Positions 10,064 through 21,900 of a stretch of 64,000 nucleotides of DNA are shown in pieces. The DNA is from Eledone cirrhosa (lineage: Eukaryota). The stretch is taken from assembly GCA_964016885.1 (NCBI GenBank), contig CAXHJY010001547.1:111342-175341 (forward strand), written 5' to 3'. The position numbers and the translations under genes are program-made. The stretch's first letter is position 1. The number at the start of each line of letters is the position of its first letter. The notes under the pieces were generated by a model. It did not search any database. It worked only from the letters and a program-made list of their open reading frames with translations, and had not been told where the DNA came from.

Positions 10064-10106
10064 GTCAAAGTTCTTTCGTCACACATTCTGTGACCTCTTC
10101 AGTGAC
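10064..10106 (-). ncRNA. Minimal type I hammerhead in PLE terminal repeat
   Basis: Same motif as 8096-8138, downstream of the GIY-YIG stop codon. Confidence 0.65.
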
Positions 10107-10349
10107 TGGGGATTATTTTCTTTGTTTTTGTGCCTCTCCTTTGTTCTGTCCTACGCCATCTTGTTTTTGTGTGTGTTGTGTGCTTAGTTTGCTCATGTGT
10201 TACATCCGGGAGTCTGTGTGTGTTTCATTCGTTTATTTATCTGTTTATTTACATGTTACTGGTTGGTTGTTTGTTATATGTGCGTGTGTGTTTTCATTTT
10301 GTCCTTAATTGTAAGTTGTGATGTTGCTGTTCCACTCATGTTTTCTATT

Positions 10350-11357
10350 TCATTTTGGTTGGAGTTCATTTATGTTTATTGCCTCTGTGATTTGTCTAAA
10401 CATTGCGTCTTTTCTGTGTGTAGATTCTATTTTTATTTCTATGTTCTCTAATTTACCCTTATGTTCTATTTTAGCATGTTGGTAGAGTACAGATGATTCT
10501 TTACTATCTTGAAGGTCTCGCCAGTGTTCATTTATCCGTTCCCCTATACTACGAGCTGTCTCACCTATGTACACTATATTTTTATCTCTACATTGTCCTT
10601 CAGTACATCTTATGCTATATACTACATTTCTAGTTTTACAGTTAATATGGGGGCTTAATTTACAGATTATACATTTTTTATCTATACAGGGAGGTCTTTG
10701 AAAAGGGTATGTATTGCTAATAAGTGTTTTTATGGAGGTACCTGGTCTTTCTACTATCTTAATATTGAGTTTATGTTTATCTAGGGCCCTTCTAAATTTG
10801 TAAGCTAATTCACCTCTAGGGGTTGTATCGATGAACATTACACTCTGGTATTTATTGCTATCATACCATGAGTTTATTCTATTAGCCTTATTCCTAGTTC
10901 TTTCTATTCTATTCCAAAATTTGCTCCTATACAAGGGGTAGGTCTCATTTGTGTCATTATTTACCATTTTTTCCCATTTGGTTCTGGCTCCTCTATATAC
11001 TCTGATTTTATCTCTCTGATTGTAACCAGAGAACTGCATACGGTGGATGAAGTGTTGTATGTGTCTCTCTAGTTCTTCGGGGTTGCACATGCGGGACACA
11101 TTTCTCATCACCCGTACCAAATCCGCAATCAGTATGTTGATTTTGGTATGGTCCGAAACAGCTGAGTTTCGGTGGATCAGATATTTGGAAGTCATGGGTT
11201 TGGCATAATGGGAATGGAGGATTTGTTTTTTGTTATTAATGGTATCTAACCAGAGCTCTGTGTCTAGTACAGGTAATCGATGGTTGGAGTGTTTGCTTGG
11301 GTAGTCTATAGTAACTCTAATACTCTGGTGGATGGAGTTAGCTATTTGCTGGATGCT

Positions 11358-11358
<1 letters not shown>
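10350..11358 (-). CDS. PLE RT C-terminus/thumb + GIY-YIG endonuclease (open frame, 5'-truncated; track ORF 10350-11195)
   Basis: The upstream frame reads IANSIHQSIRVTIDYP..LPVLD..KPM, then MQFSGY, CIDKKCIICK..C, NVVYSIRC..C..VYIGETARSIGERINEH..HAK.EH..RQITEA. Confidence 0.85.
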
Positions 11359-11411
<53 letters not shown>

Positions 11412-11629
11412 CTTGAATAATAGCCGATCTCATATAAAAGTTGACCTTGTATATTTGGCCAGAAAGTCTGGAATTTTCCATAGACAGTCTATAAAAGTCC
11501 ACCCTAATATTTCACAGTCAACATTTGTGGGTCGAGATATCATCCTGTATGTAGAAATAACAGTTTACAAAATTATCATAAATTTAAGGCAGCAAATACA
11601 TGTCTAAAACTAATCATTTATTTATATAT

Positions 11630-12540
11630 ACACACCATTGAAATACAGTTGGCTCAGCCTCCGAGCTAGTTCTGACCCAGCATTGACAGCCTACCTATCC
11701 TCAATTACCTCCAGCCACACTCTCATCAGTGAGGTCATCTGTAAGACAGCAGAACCAGATATGAACAGGGAACTAGGATCAGCCTTGATTGGATCGATAA
11801 AGGCCTCGTCATCCCCCAGTATGTAACAGGGATGACATCAAGTGCAGGTCAAATCAGGAAAACTGAGTCTTCCTTTGACCAACACTATCTTACCTGCCTC
11901 CATTCTACCTCACAGTCAAACAGTGGTGCATGGCTCCCTTCAGTGCCCTCCTTATCACGGTGCATGGCTCAATACAGTGCCCTCCTTATCAAGGTGCATG
12001 GCTCAATTCAGTACCCTCCTTATCAAGGTGCATGGCTCAATTCAGTACCCTCCTTATCGACCTATACTTTTCTTGATGATGCGTGTCCCAGCACTACAAT
12101 CTGTGTGTGAACTTCACAAATGCCATTGTGGAGCCCTTGTTGATGAGTTCAGTTGGCACCCACTATCCTGCTGCCACAGCACACAATAGTTCCCTCAACA
12201 TGCCACTCTCAATGACAATCAAAAGGAGCTGCTATGTGGCCAGCTCCTCATTACAATTGGAGTCAGCTGGCCTTAGCCGTGGTGAGGCTACACACCTGAG
12301 TGAGATAACCCATTTGAAGGAGGTAAATCCCTAATGTGGGACATCATGTACTGCAACTCGCTCTCCACCTCCAACCTTGTTGCCTCGGCTGTAAACCCCA
12401 GCACCACCAGCCATAATACAGAGAAGAGGAAGATAACTAAATATTGGGACTTTACCAACCACTTCCTGCTCATGCTATTCACTATCAAGACCTCAGGTCC
12501 CCTTCGTCACTGCACTGCTGTTTTCTTGCCTAACAAAACT
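11630..12540 (+). pseudogene. Decayed non-LTR retrotransposon 3' part (CRE-like: CCHC knuckle + restriction-like endonuclease)
   Basis: LSLRASSD.AL.AYLSS, GAWLNSVP, CHCG...H.LSC, WD....L..S, EKRK..KY...F....KTSG; frameshifted. Confidence 0.65.
11925..12058 (+). repeat. 34-bp minisatellite x4
   Basis: GGTGCATGGCTCAATTCAGTACCCTCCTTATCAA-like units start at 11925, 11959, 11993 and 12027. Confidence 0.9.
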
Positions 12541-12632
12541 ATGTAACCTGTTCATACCTAACCCCCTCCTCTAACAATCTTTAGTATTATTCTCATCACC
12601 ACTTTTCCCCTCCACTCTCTCTCTTATATTAT

Positions 12633-12870
12633 GTTTAAGATTAAGCTTAGGCTTCAGGTAAGGTTACAGTTAGGGATATGTTTAGGATTAGTTTTACAGT
12701 TAGGGTTAGGCTTATAATTTTGGTTAGGGATATAGCTATTGTTAGGATAAGGATTAGAGTTATGGTTAGGGATAAGGTTAAGGATATGGTTATGGTTAGG
12801 GTTAAGGTTATTGTTAGGGTTAAGGTTCGGGTTATTGTTATGGTTTGTTTTTCGGTTAAGGTTATGGTGG
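12633..12870 (+). repeat. Degenerate (TTAGGG)n-like hexamer tract
   Basis: 6-bp period of TTAGGG/TTAAGG/TTATGG/TTATTG variants. Confidence 0.75.
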
Positions 12871-12972
12871 CATATGCAGAAATTAGACAGGAGTAAATGT
12901 TTAACAGTTAAACTATTTGTTATAGTGAAGTATCATGTTATAAGTTTATGTTATGTAGAAAACAGAAGTTTG

Positions 12973-15900
12973 TGTTTAGCTGTTGTATTAGTGTAGCTGC
13001 AAGGCTGGCCATCATGACGACATTCCTGACTCTGTTTAGCTGTTGTATTAGTGTAGCTGCAAGGCTGGCAATCATGAAGACATTCCTGACTCTGTTTAGC
13101 TGTTGTATTAGTGTAGCTGCAAGGCTGGCCATCATGAAGACATTCCTGACTCTCTTTAGCTGTTGTATTAGTGTAGCTGCAAGGTTGGCCATCATGAAGA
13201 CATTCCTGACTCTGTTTAGCTGTTGTATTAGTGTAGCTGCAAGGCTTGCCATCATGAAGACATTCCTGACTCTGTTTAGCTGTTGTATTAGTGTAGCTGC
13301 AAGGCTGGCCATCATGAAAACATTCCTGACTCTGTTTAGCTGTTGTATTAGTGTAGCTTCAAGGCTGGCAATCATCAAGACATTCCTGACTCTGTTTAGC
13401 TGTTGTATTAGTGTAGCTGCAAGGTTGGCCATCATGAAGACATTCCTGACTCTGTTTAGCTGTTGTATTAGTGTAGCTGCAAGGCTGGCCATCATGAAGA
13501 CATTCCTGACTCTGTTTAGCTGTTGTATTAGTGTAGCTGCAAGGCTGGCCATCATGAAGACATTCCTGACTCTGTTTAGCTGTTGTATTAGTGTAGCTGC
13601 AAGGCTGGCAATCATGAAGACATTCCTGACTCTGTTTAGCTGTTGTATTAGTGTAGCTGCAAGGCTGGCAATCATCAAGACATTCCTGACTCTGTTTAGC
13701 TGTTGTATTAGTGTAGCTGCAAGGTTGGCCATCATGAAGACATTCCTGACTCTGTTTAGCTGTTGTATTAGTGTAGCTGCAAGGCTTGCTATCATGAAGA
13801 CATTCCTGACTCTGTTTAGCTGTTGTATTAGTGTAGCTGCAAGGCTGGCCATCATGAAGACATTCCTGACTCTGTTTAGCTGTTGTATTAGTGTAGCTGC
13901 AAGGCTGGCAATCATGAAGACATTCCTGACTCAGTTTAGCTGTTGTATTAGTGTAGCTGCAAGGCTGGCCATCATGAAGACATTCCTGACTCTGTTTAGC
14001 TGTTGTATTAGTGTAGCTGCAATGCTGGCCATCATGAAGACATTCCTGACTCTGTTTAGCTGTTGTATTAGTGTAGCTGCAAGGTTGGCCATCGTGAAGA
14101 CATTCCTGACTCTGTTTAGCTGTTGTATTAGTGTAGCTGCAAGGCTGGCCATCATGAAGACATTCCTGACTCTGTTTAGCTGTTGCATTAGTGTAGCTGC
14201 AAGGCTGGCCATCATGAAGACATTCTTGACTCTGTTTAGCTGTTGTATTAGTGTAGCTGCAAGGCTGGCCATCATGAAGACATTCCTGACTCAGTTTAGC
14301 TGTTGTATTAGTGTAGCTGCAAGGCTGGCCATCATGAAGACATTTCTGACGCTGTTTAGCTGTTGTATTAGTGTAGCTGCAAGGTTGGCCATCATGAAGA
14401 CATTCCTGACTCTGTTTAGCTGTTGTATTAGTGTAGCTGCAAGGCTGGCCATCATGAAGACATTCCTGACTCTGTTTAGCTGTTGTATTAGTGTAGCTGC
14501 AAGGCTGGCCATCATGAAGACATTCATGACTCTGTTTAGCTGTTGTATTAGTGTAGCTGCAAGGCTGGCCATCATGAAGATATTCCTGACTCTGTTTAGC
14601 TTTTGTATTAGTGTAGCTGCAAGGCTGGCCATCATGAAGACATTCCTGACTCTGTTTAGCTGTTGTATTAGTGTAGCTGCAAGGTTGGCAATCATGAAGA
14701 CATTCCTGACTCTGTTTAGCTGTTGTATTAGTGTAGCTACAAGGTTGGCCATCATGAAGACATTCCTGACTCTGTTTAGCTGTTGTATTAGTGTAGCTGC
14801 AAGGCTGGCCATCATGAAGACATTCCTAAACTCTGTTTAGCTGTTGTATTAGTGTAGCTGCAAAGTTGGCCATCATGAAGACATTCCTGACTCTGTTTAG
14901 CTGTTGTATTAGTGTAGCTGCAAGGTTGGCCATCATGAAGACATTCCTGACTCTGTTTAGCTGTTGTATTAGTGTAGCTGCAAGGATGGCCATCATGAAG
15001 ACATTCCTGACTCTGTTTAGCTGTTGTATTAGTGTAGCTGCAAGGCTGGCCATCATGAAGACATTCCTGACTCTGTTTAGCTGTTGTATTAGTGTAGCTG
15101 CAAGGTTGGCCATCATGAAGACATTCCTGACTCTGTTTAGCTGTTGTATTAGTGTAGTTGCAAGGCTGGCCATCATGAAGACATTCCTGACTCTGTTTAG
15201 CTGTTGTATTAGTGTAGCTGAAGGTTGGCCATCATGAAGACATTCCTGACTCTGTTTAGCTGTTGTATTAGTGTAGCTGCAAGGTTGGCAATCATGAAGA
15301 CATTCCTGACTCTGTTTAGCTGTTGTATTAGTGTAGCTGCAAGGTTGGCCATCATGAAGACATTCCTGACTCTGTTTAGCTGTTGTATTAGTGTAGCTGC
15401 AAGGCTGGCCATCATGAAGACATTCCTAAACTCTGTTTAGCTGTTGTATTAGTGTAGCTGCAAGGTTGGCCATCATGAAGACATTCCTGACTCTGTTTAG
15501 CTGTTGTATTAGTGTAGCTGCAAGGCTGGCCATCATGAAGACATTCCTGACTCTGTTTAGCTGTTGTATTAGTGTAGCTGCAAGGTTGGCCATCATGAAG
15601 ACATTCCTGACTCTGTTTAGCTGTTGTATTAGTGTAGCTGCAAGTCTTGCCATCATGAAGACATTCCTGACTCTGTTTAGCTGTTGTATTAGTGTAGCTG
15701 CAAGGTTGGCCATCATGAAGACATTCCTGACTCTGTTTAGCTGTTGTATTAGTGTAGCTGCAAGGCTGGCCATCATGAAGATATTCCTGACTCTGTTTAG
15801 CTTTTGTATTAGTGTAGCTGCAAGGCTGGCTATCATGAAGACATTCCTGACTCTGTTTAGCTGTTGTATTAGTGTAGCTGCAAGGTTGGCAATCATGAAG

Positions 15901-18900
15901 ACATTCCTGACTCTGTTTAGCTGTTGTATTAGTGTAGCTGCAAGGCTGGCCATCATGAAGACATTCCTGACTCAGTTTAGCTGTTGTATTAGTGTAGCTG
16001 CAAGGATGGCCATCATGAAGACATTCCTGACTCTGTTTAGCTGTTGTATTAGTGTAGCTGCAAGGTTGGCCATCATGAAGACATTCCTGACTCTGTTTAG
16101 CTGTTGTATTAGTGTAGCTGCAAGGCTGGCCATCATGAAGATATTCCTGACTCTGTTTAGCTTTTGTATTAGTGTAGCTGCAAGGCTGGCCATCATGAAG
16201 ACATTCCTGACTCTGTTTAGCTGTTGTATTAGTGTAGCTGCAAGGTTGGCCATCATGAAGACATTCCTGACTCTGTTTAGCTGTTGTATTAGTGTAGCTG
16301 CAAGGATGGCCATCATGAAGACATTCCTGACTCTGTTTAGCTGTTGTATTAGTGTAGCTGCAAGGCTGGCCATCATGAAGACATTCCTGACTCAGTTTAG
16401 CTGTTGTATTAGTGTAGCTGCAAGGATGGCCATCATGAAGACATTCCTGACTCTGTTTAGCTGTTGTATTAGTGTAGCTGCAAGGTTGGCCATCATGAAG
16501 ACATTCCTGACTCTGTTTAGCTGTTGTATTAGTGTAGCTGCAAGTCTTGCCATCATGAAGACATCCCTGACTCTGTTTAGCTGTTGTATTAGTGTAGCTG
16601 CAAGGCTGGCCATCATGAAGACATTCCTGACTCAGTTTAGCTGTTGTATTAGTGTAGCTGCAAGGATGGCCTTCATGAAGACATTCCTGACTCTGTTTAG
16701 CTGTTGTATTAGTGTAGCTGCAAGGCTGGCCATCATGAAGACATTCCTGACTCTGTTTAGCTGTTGTATTAGTGTAGCTACAAGGCTGGCCATCATGAAG
16801 ACATTCCTGACTCTGTTTAGCTGTTGTATTAGTGTAGCTGCAAGGCTGGCCATCATGAAGACATTCCTGACTCTGTTTAGCTGTTGTATTAGTGTAGCTG
16901 CAAGGCTGGCCATCATGAAGACATTCCTGACTCTGTTTAGCTGTTGTATTAGTGTAGCTGCAAGGTTGGCCATCATGAAGACATTCCTGACTCTGTTTAG
17001 CTTTTGTATTAGTGTAGCTGCAAGGCTGGCCATCATGAAGACATTCCTGACTCTGTTTAGCTGTTGTATTAGTGTAGCTGCAAGGTTGGCAATCATGAAG
17101 ACATTCCTGACTCTGTTTAGCTGTTGTATTAGTGTAGATGCAAGGTTGGCCATCATGAAGACATTCCTGACTCTGTTTAGCTGTTGTATTAGTGTAGCTG
17201 CAAGGCTGGCCATCATGAAGACATTCCTAAACTCTGTTTAGCTGTTGTATTAGTATGGCTGCAAGGTTGGCCATCATGAAGACATTCCTGACTCTGTTTA
17301 GCTGTTGTATTAGTGTAGCTGCAAGGCTGGCCATCATGAAGACATTCCTGACTCTGTTTAGCTGTTGTGTTAGTGTAGCTGCAAGGTTGGCCATCATGAA
17401 GACATTCCTGACTCTGTTTAGCTGTTGTATTAGTGTAGCTGCAAGTCTTGCCATCATGAAGACATTCCTGACTCTGTTTAGCTGTTGTATTAGTGTAGCT
17501 GCAAGGCTGGCCATCATGAAGACATTCCTGACTCAGTTTAGCTGTTGTATTAGTGTAGCTGCATGGATGGCCATCATGAAGACATTCCTGACTCTGTTTA
17601 GCTGTTGTATTAGTGTAGCTGCAAGGCTGGCCATCATGAAGACATTCCTGACTCTGTTTAGCTGTTGTATTAGTGTAGCTGCAAGGTTGGCCATCATGAA
17701 GACATTCCTGACTCTGTTTAGCTGTTGTATTAGTGTAGTTGCAAGGCTGGCCATCATGAAGACATTCCTGACTCTGTTTAGCTGTTGTATTAGTGTAGCT
17801 GCAAGGTTTGCCATCATGAAGACATTCCTGACTCTGTTTAGCTGTTGTATTAGTGTTGCTGCAAGGCTGGCCATCATGAAGACATTCCTGACTCTGTTTA
17901 GCTGTTGTATTAGCGTAGCTGCAAAGTTGGCAATCATGAAGACATTCCTGACTCTGTTTTGCTGTTGTATTAGTGTAGCTGCAAGGTTGGCCATCATCAA
18001 GACATTCCTGACTCTGTTTAACTGTTGTATTAGTGTAGCTGCAAGGTTGGCCATCATGAAGACATTCCTGACTCTGTTTAGCTGTTGTATTAGTGTTGCT
18101 GCAAGGCTGGCCATCATGAAGACATTCCTGACTCTGTTTAGCTGTTGTATTAGTGTAGCTGCAAGGCTGGCCATCATGAAGACATTCCTAAACTCTGTTT
18201 AGCTGTTGTATTAGTGTAGCTGCAAGGTTGGCCATCATGAAGACATTCCTGACTCTGTTTAGCTGTTGTATTAGTGTAGCTGCAAGGCTGGCCATCATGA
18301 AGATATTCCTGACTCTGCTTAGCTGTTGTATTAGTGTAGCTGCAAGGTTGGCCATCATGAAGACATTCCTGACTCTGTTTAGCTGTTGTATTAGTGTAGC
18401 TGCAAGGTTGGCCATCATGAAGACATTCCTGACTCTGTTTAGCTGTTGTATTAGTGTTGCTGCAAAGTTGGCAATCATGAAGACATTCCTGACTCTGTTT
18501 TGCTGTTGTATTAGTGTAGCTGCAAGGTTGGCCATCATCAAGACATTCCTGACTCTGTTTAACTGTTGTATTAGTGTAGCTGCAAGGCTGGCCACCATGA
18601 AGACATTCCTGACTCTGTTTAGCTGTTGTATTAGTGTAGCTGCAAGGCTGGCCATCATGAAGACATTCCTAAACTCTGTTTAGCTGTTGTATTAGTGTAG
18701 CGGCAAGGCTTGCCATCATGAAGACATTCCTGACTCTGTTTAGCTGTTGTATTAGTGTAGCTGAAAGGCTGGCCATCATGAAGACATTTCTGACTCTGTT
18801 TAGCTGTTGTATTAGTGTAGCTGCAAGGCTGGCCATCATGAAGACATTCCTGACTCTGTTTAGCTGTTGTATTAGTGTAGCTGCAAGGCTGGCCATCATG

Positions 18901-21900
18901 AAGACATTCCTGACTCTGTTTAGCTTTTGTATTAGTGTAGCTGCAAGGCTGGCCATCATGAAAACATTCCTGACTCTGTTTAGCTGTTGTATTAGTGTAG
19001 CTGCAAGGTTGGCAATCATGAAGACATTCCTGACTCTGTTTAGCTGTTGTATTAGTGTAGCTGCAAGGTTGGCCATCATGAAGACATTCCTGACTCTGTT
19101 TAGCTGTTGTATTAGTGTTGCTGCAAGGCTGGCCATCATGAAGACATTCCTGACTCTGTTTAGCTGTTGTATTAGTGTAGCTGCAAGGTTGGCCATCATG
19201 AAGACATTCCTGACTCTGTTTAGCTGTTGTATTAGTGTAGTTGCAAGGCTGGCCATCACGAAGACATTCCTGACTCTGTTTAGCTGTTGTATTAGTGTAG
19301 CTGCAAGGTTGGCCATCATGAAGACATTCCTGACTCTGTTTAGCTGTTGTATTAGTGTTGCTGCAAGGCTGGCCATCATGAAGACATTCCTGACTCTGTT
19401 TAGCTGTTGTATTAGTGTAGCTGCAAAGTTGGCAATCATGAAGACATTCCTGACTCTGTTTTGCTGTTGTATTAGTGTAGCTGCAAGTCTTGCCATCATG
19501 AAGACATCCCTGACTCTGTTTAGCTGTTGTATTAGTGTAGCTGCAAGGCTGGCCATCATGAAGACATTCCTGACTCAGTTTAGCTGTTGTATTAGTGTAG
19601 CTGCAAGGATGGCCATCATGAAGACATTCCTGACTCTGTTTAGCTGTTGTATTAGTGTAGCTGCAAGGCTGGCCATCATGAAGACATTCCTGACTCTGTT
19701 TAGCTGTTGTATTAGTGTAGCTGCAAGGCTGGCCATCATGAAGACATTCCTGACTCTGTTTAGCTGTTGTATTAGTGTAGCTGCAAGGCTGGCCATCATG
19801 AAGACATTCCTGACTCTGTTTAGCTTTTGTATTAGTGTAGCTGCAAGGCTGGCCATCATGAAAACATTCCTGACTCTGTTTAGCTGTTGTATTAGTGTAG
19901 CTGCAAGGTTGGCAATCATGAAGACATTCCTGACTCTGTTTAGCTGTTGTATTAGTGTAGCTGCAAGGTTGGCCATCATGAAGACATTCCTGACTCTGTT
20001 TAGCTGTTGTATTAGTGTTGCTGCAAGGCTGGCCATCATGAAGACATTCCTGACTCTGTTTAGCTGTTGTATTAGTGTAGCTGCAAGGTTGGCCATCATG
20101 AAGACATTCCTGACTCTGTTTAGCTGTTGTATTAGTGTAGTTGCAAGGCTGGCCATCACGAAGACATTCCTGACTCTGTTTAGCTGTTGTATTAGTGTAG
20201 CTGCAAGGTTGGCCATCATGAAGACATTCCTGACTCTGTTTAGCTGTTGTATTAGTGTTGCTGCAAGGCTGGCCATCATGAAGACATTCCTGACTCTGTT
20301 TAGCTGTTGTATTAGTGTAGCTGCAAAGTTGGCAATCATGAAGACATTCCTGACTCTGTTTTGCTGTTGTATTAGTGTAGCTGCAAGTCTTGCCATCATG
20401 AAGACATCCCTGACTCTGTTTAGCTGTTGTATTAGTGTAGCTGCAAGGCTGGCCATCATGAAGACATTCCTGACTCAGTTTAGCTGTTGTATTAGTGTAG
20501 CTGCAAGGATGGCCATCATGAAGACATTCCTGACTCTGTTTAGCTGTTGTATTAGTGTAGCTGCAAGGCTGGCCATCATGAAGACATTCCTGACTCTGTT
20601 TAGCTGTTGTATTAGTGTAGCTGCAAGGCTGGCCATCATGAAGACATTCCTGACTCTGTTTAGCTGTTGTATTAGTGTAGCTGCAAGGTTGGCCATCATG
20701 AAGACATTCCTGACACTGTTTAGCTTTTGTATTAGTGTAGCTGCAAGGCTGGCCATCATGAAGACATTCCTGACTCTGTTTAGCTGTTGTATTAGTGTAG
20801 CTGCAAGGTTGGCAATCATGAAGACATTCCTGACTCTGTTTAGCTGTTGTATTAGTGTAGCTGCAAGGTTGGCCATCATGAAGACATTCCTGACTCTGTT
20901 TAGCTGTTGTATTAGTGTAGCTGCAAGGCTGGCCATCATGAAGACATTCCTAAATTCTGTTTAGCTGTTGTATTAGTATGGCTGCAAGGTTGGCCATCAT
21001 GAAGACATTCCTGACTCTGTTTAGCTGTTGTATTAGTGTAGCTGCAAGGCTGGCCATCATGAAGACATTCCTGACTCTGTTTAGCTGTTGTATTAGTGTA
21101 GCTGCAAGGCTGGCCATCATGAAGACATTCCTGACTCAGTTTAGCTGTTGTATTAGTGTAGCTGCAAGGATGGCCATCATGAAGACATTCCTGACTCTGT
21201 TTAGCTGTTGTATTAGTGTAGCTGCAAGGCTGGCCATCATGAAGACATTCCTGACTCTGTTTAGCTGTTGTATTAGTGTAGCTACAAGGCTGGCCATCAT
21301 GAAGACATTCCTGACTCTGTTTAGCTGTTGTATTAGTGTAGCTGCAAGGCTGGCCATCATGAAGACATTCCTGACTCTGTTTAGCTGTTGTATTAGTGTA
21401 GCTGCAAGGCTGGCCATCATGAAGACATTCCTGACTCTGTTTAGCTGTTGTATTAGTGTAGCTGCAAGGTTGGCCATCATGAAGACATTCCTGACTCTGT
21501 TTAGCTTTTGTATTAGTGTAGCTGCAAGGCTGGCCATCATGAAGACATTCCTGACTCTGTTTAGCTGTTGTATTAGTGTAGCTGCAAGGTTGGCAATCAT
21601 TAAGACATTCCTGACTCAGTTTAGCTGTTGTATTAGTGTAGCTGCAAGGTTGGCCATCATGAAGACATTCCTGACTCTGTTTAGCTGTTGTATTAGTGTA
21701 GCTGCAAGGCTGGCCATCATGAAGACATTCCTAAATTCTGTTTAGCTGTTGTATTAGTATGGCTGCAAGGTTGGCCATCATGAAGACATTCCTGACTCTG
21801 TTTAGCTGTTGTATTAGTGTAGCTGCAAGGCTGGCCATCATGAAGACATTCCTGACTCTGTTTAGCTGTTGTATTAGTGTAGCTGCAAGGCTGGCCATCA

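Larger units (their letters stand above)
9912..11358 (-). mobile_element. 5'-truncated Penelope-like element flanked on both sides by (TA)n
   Basis: RT C-terminus plus GIY-YIG ORF, followed by a ~440-bp 3' region with an HHR. Confidence 0.9.
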
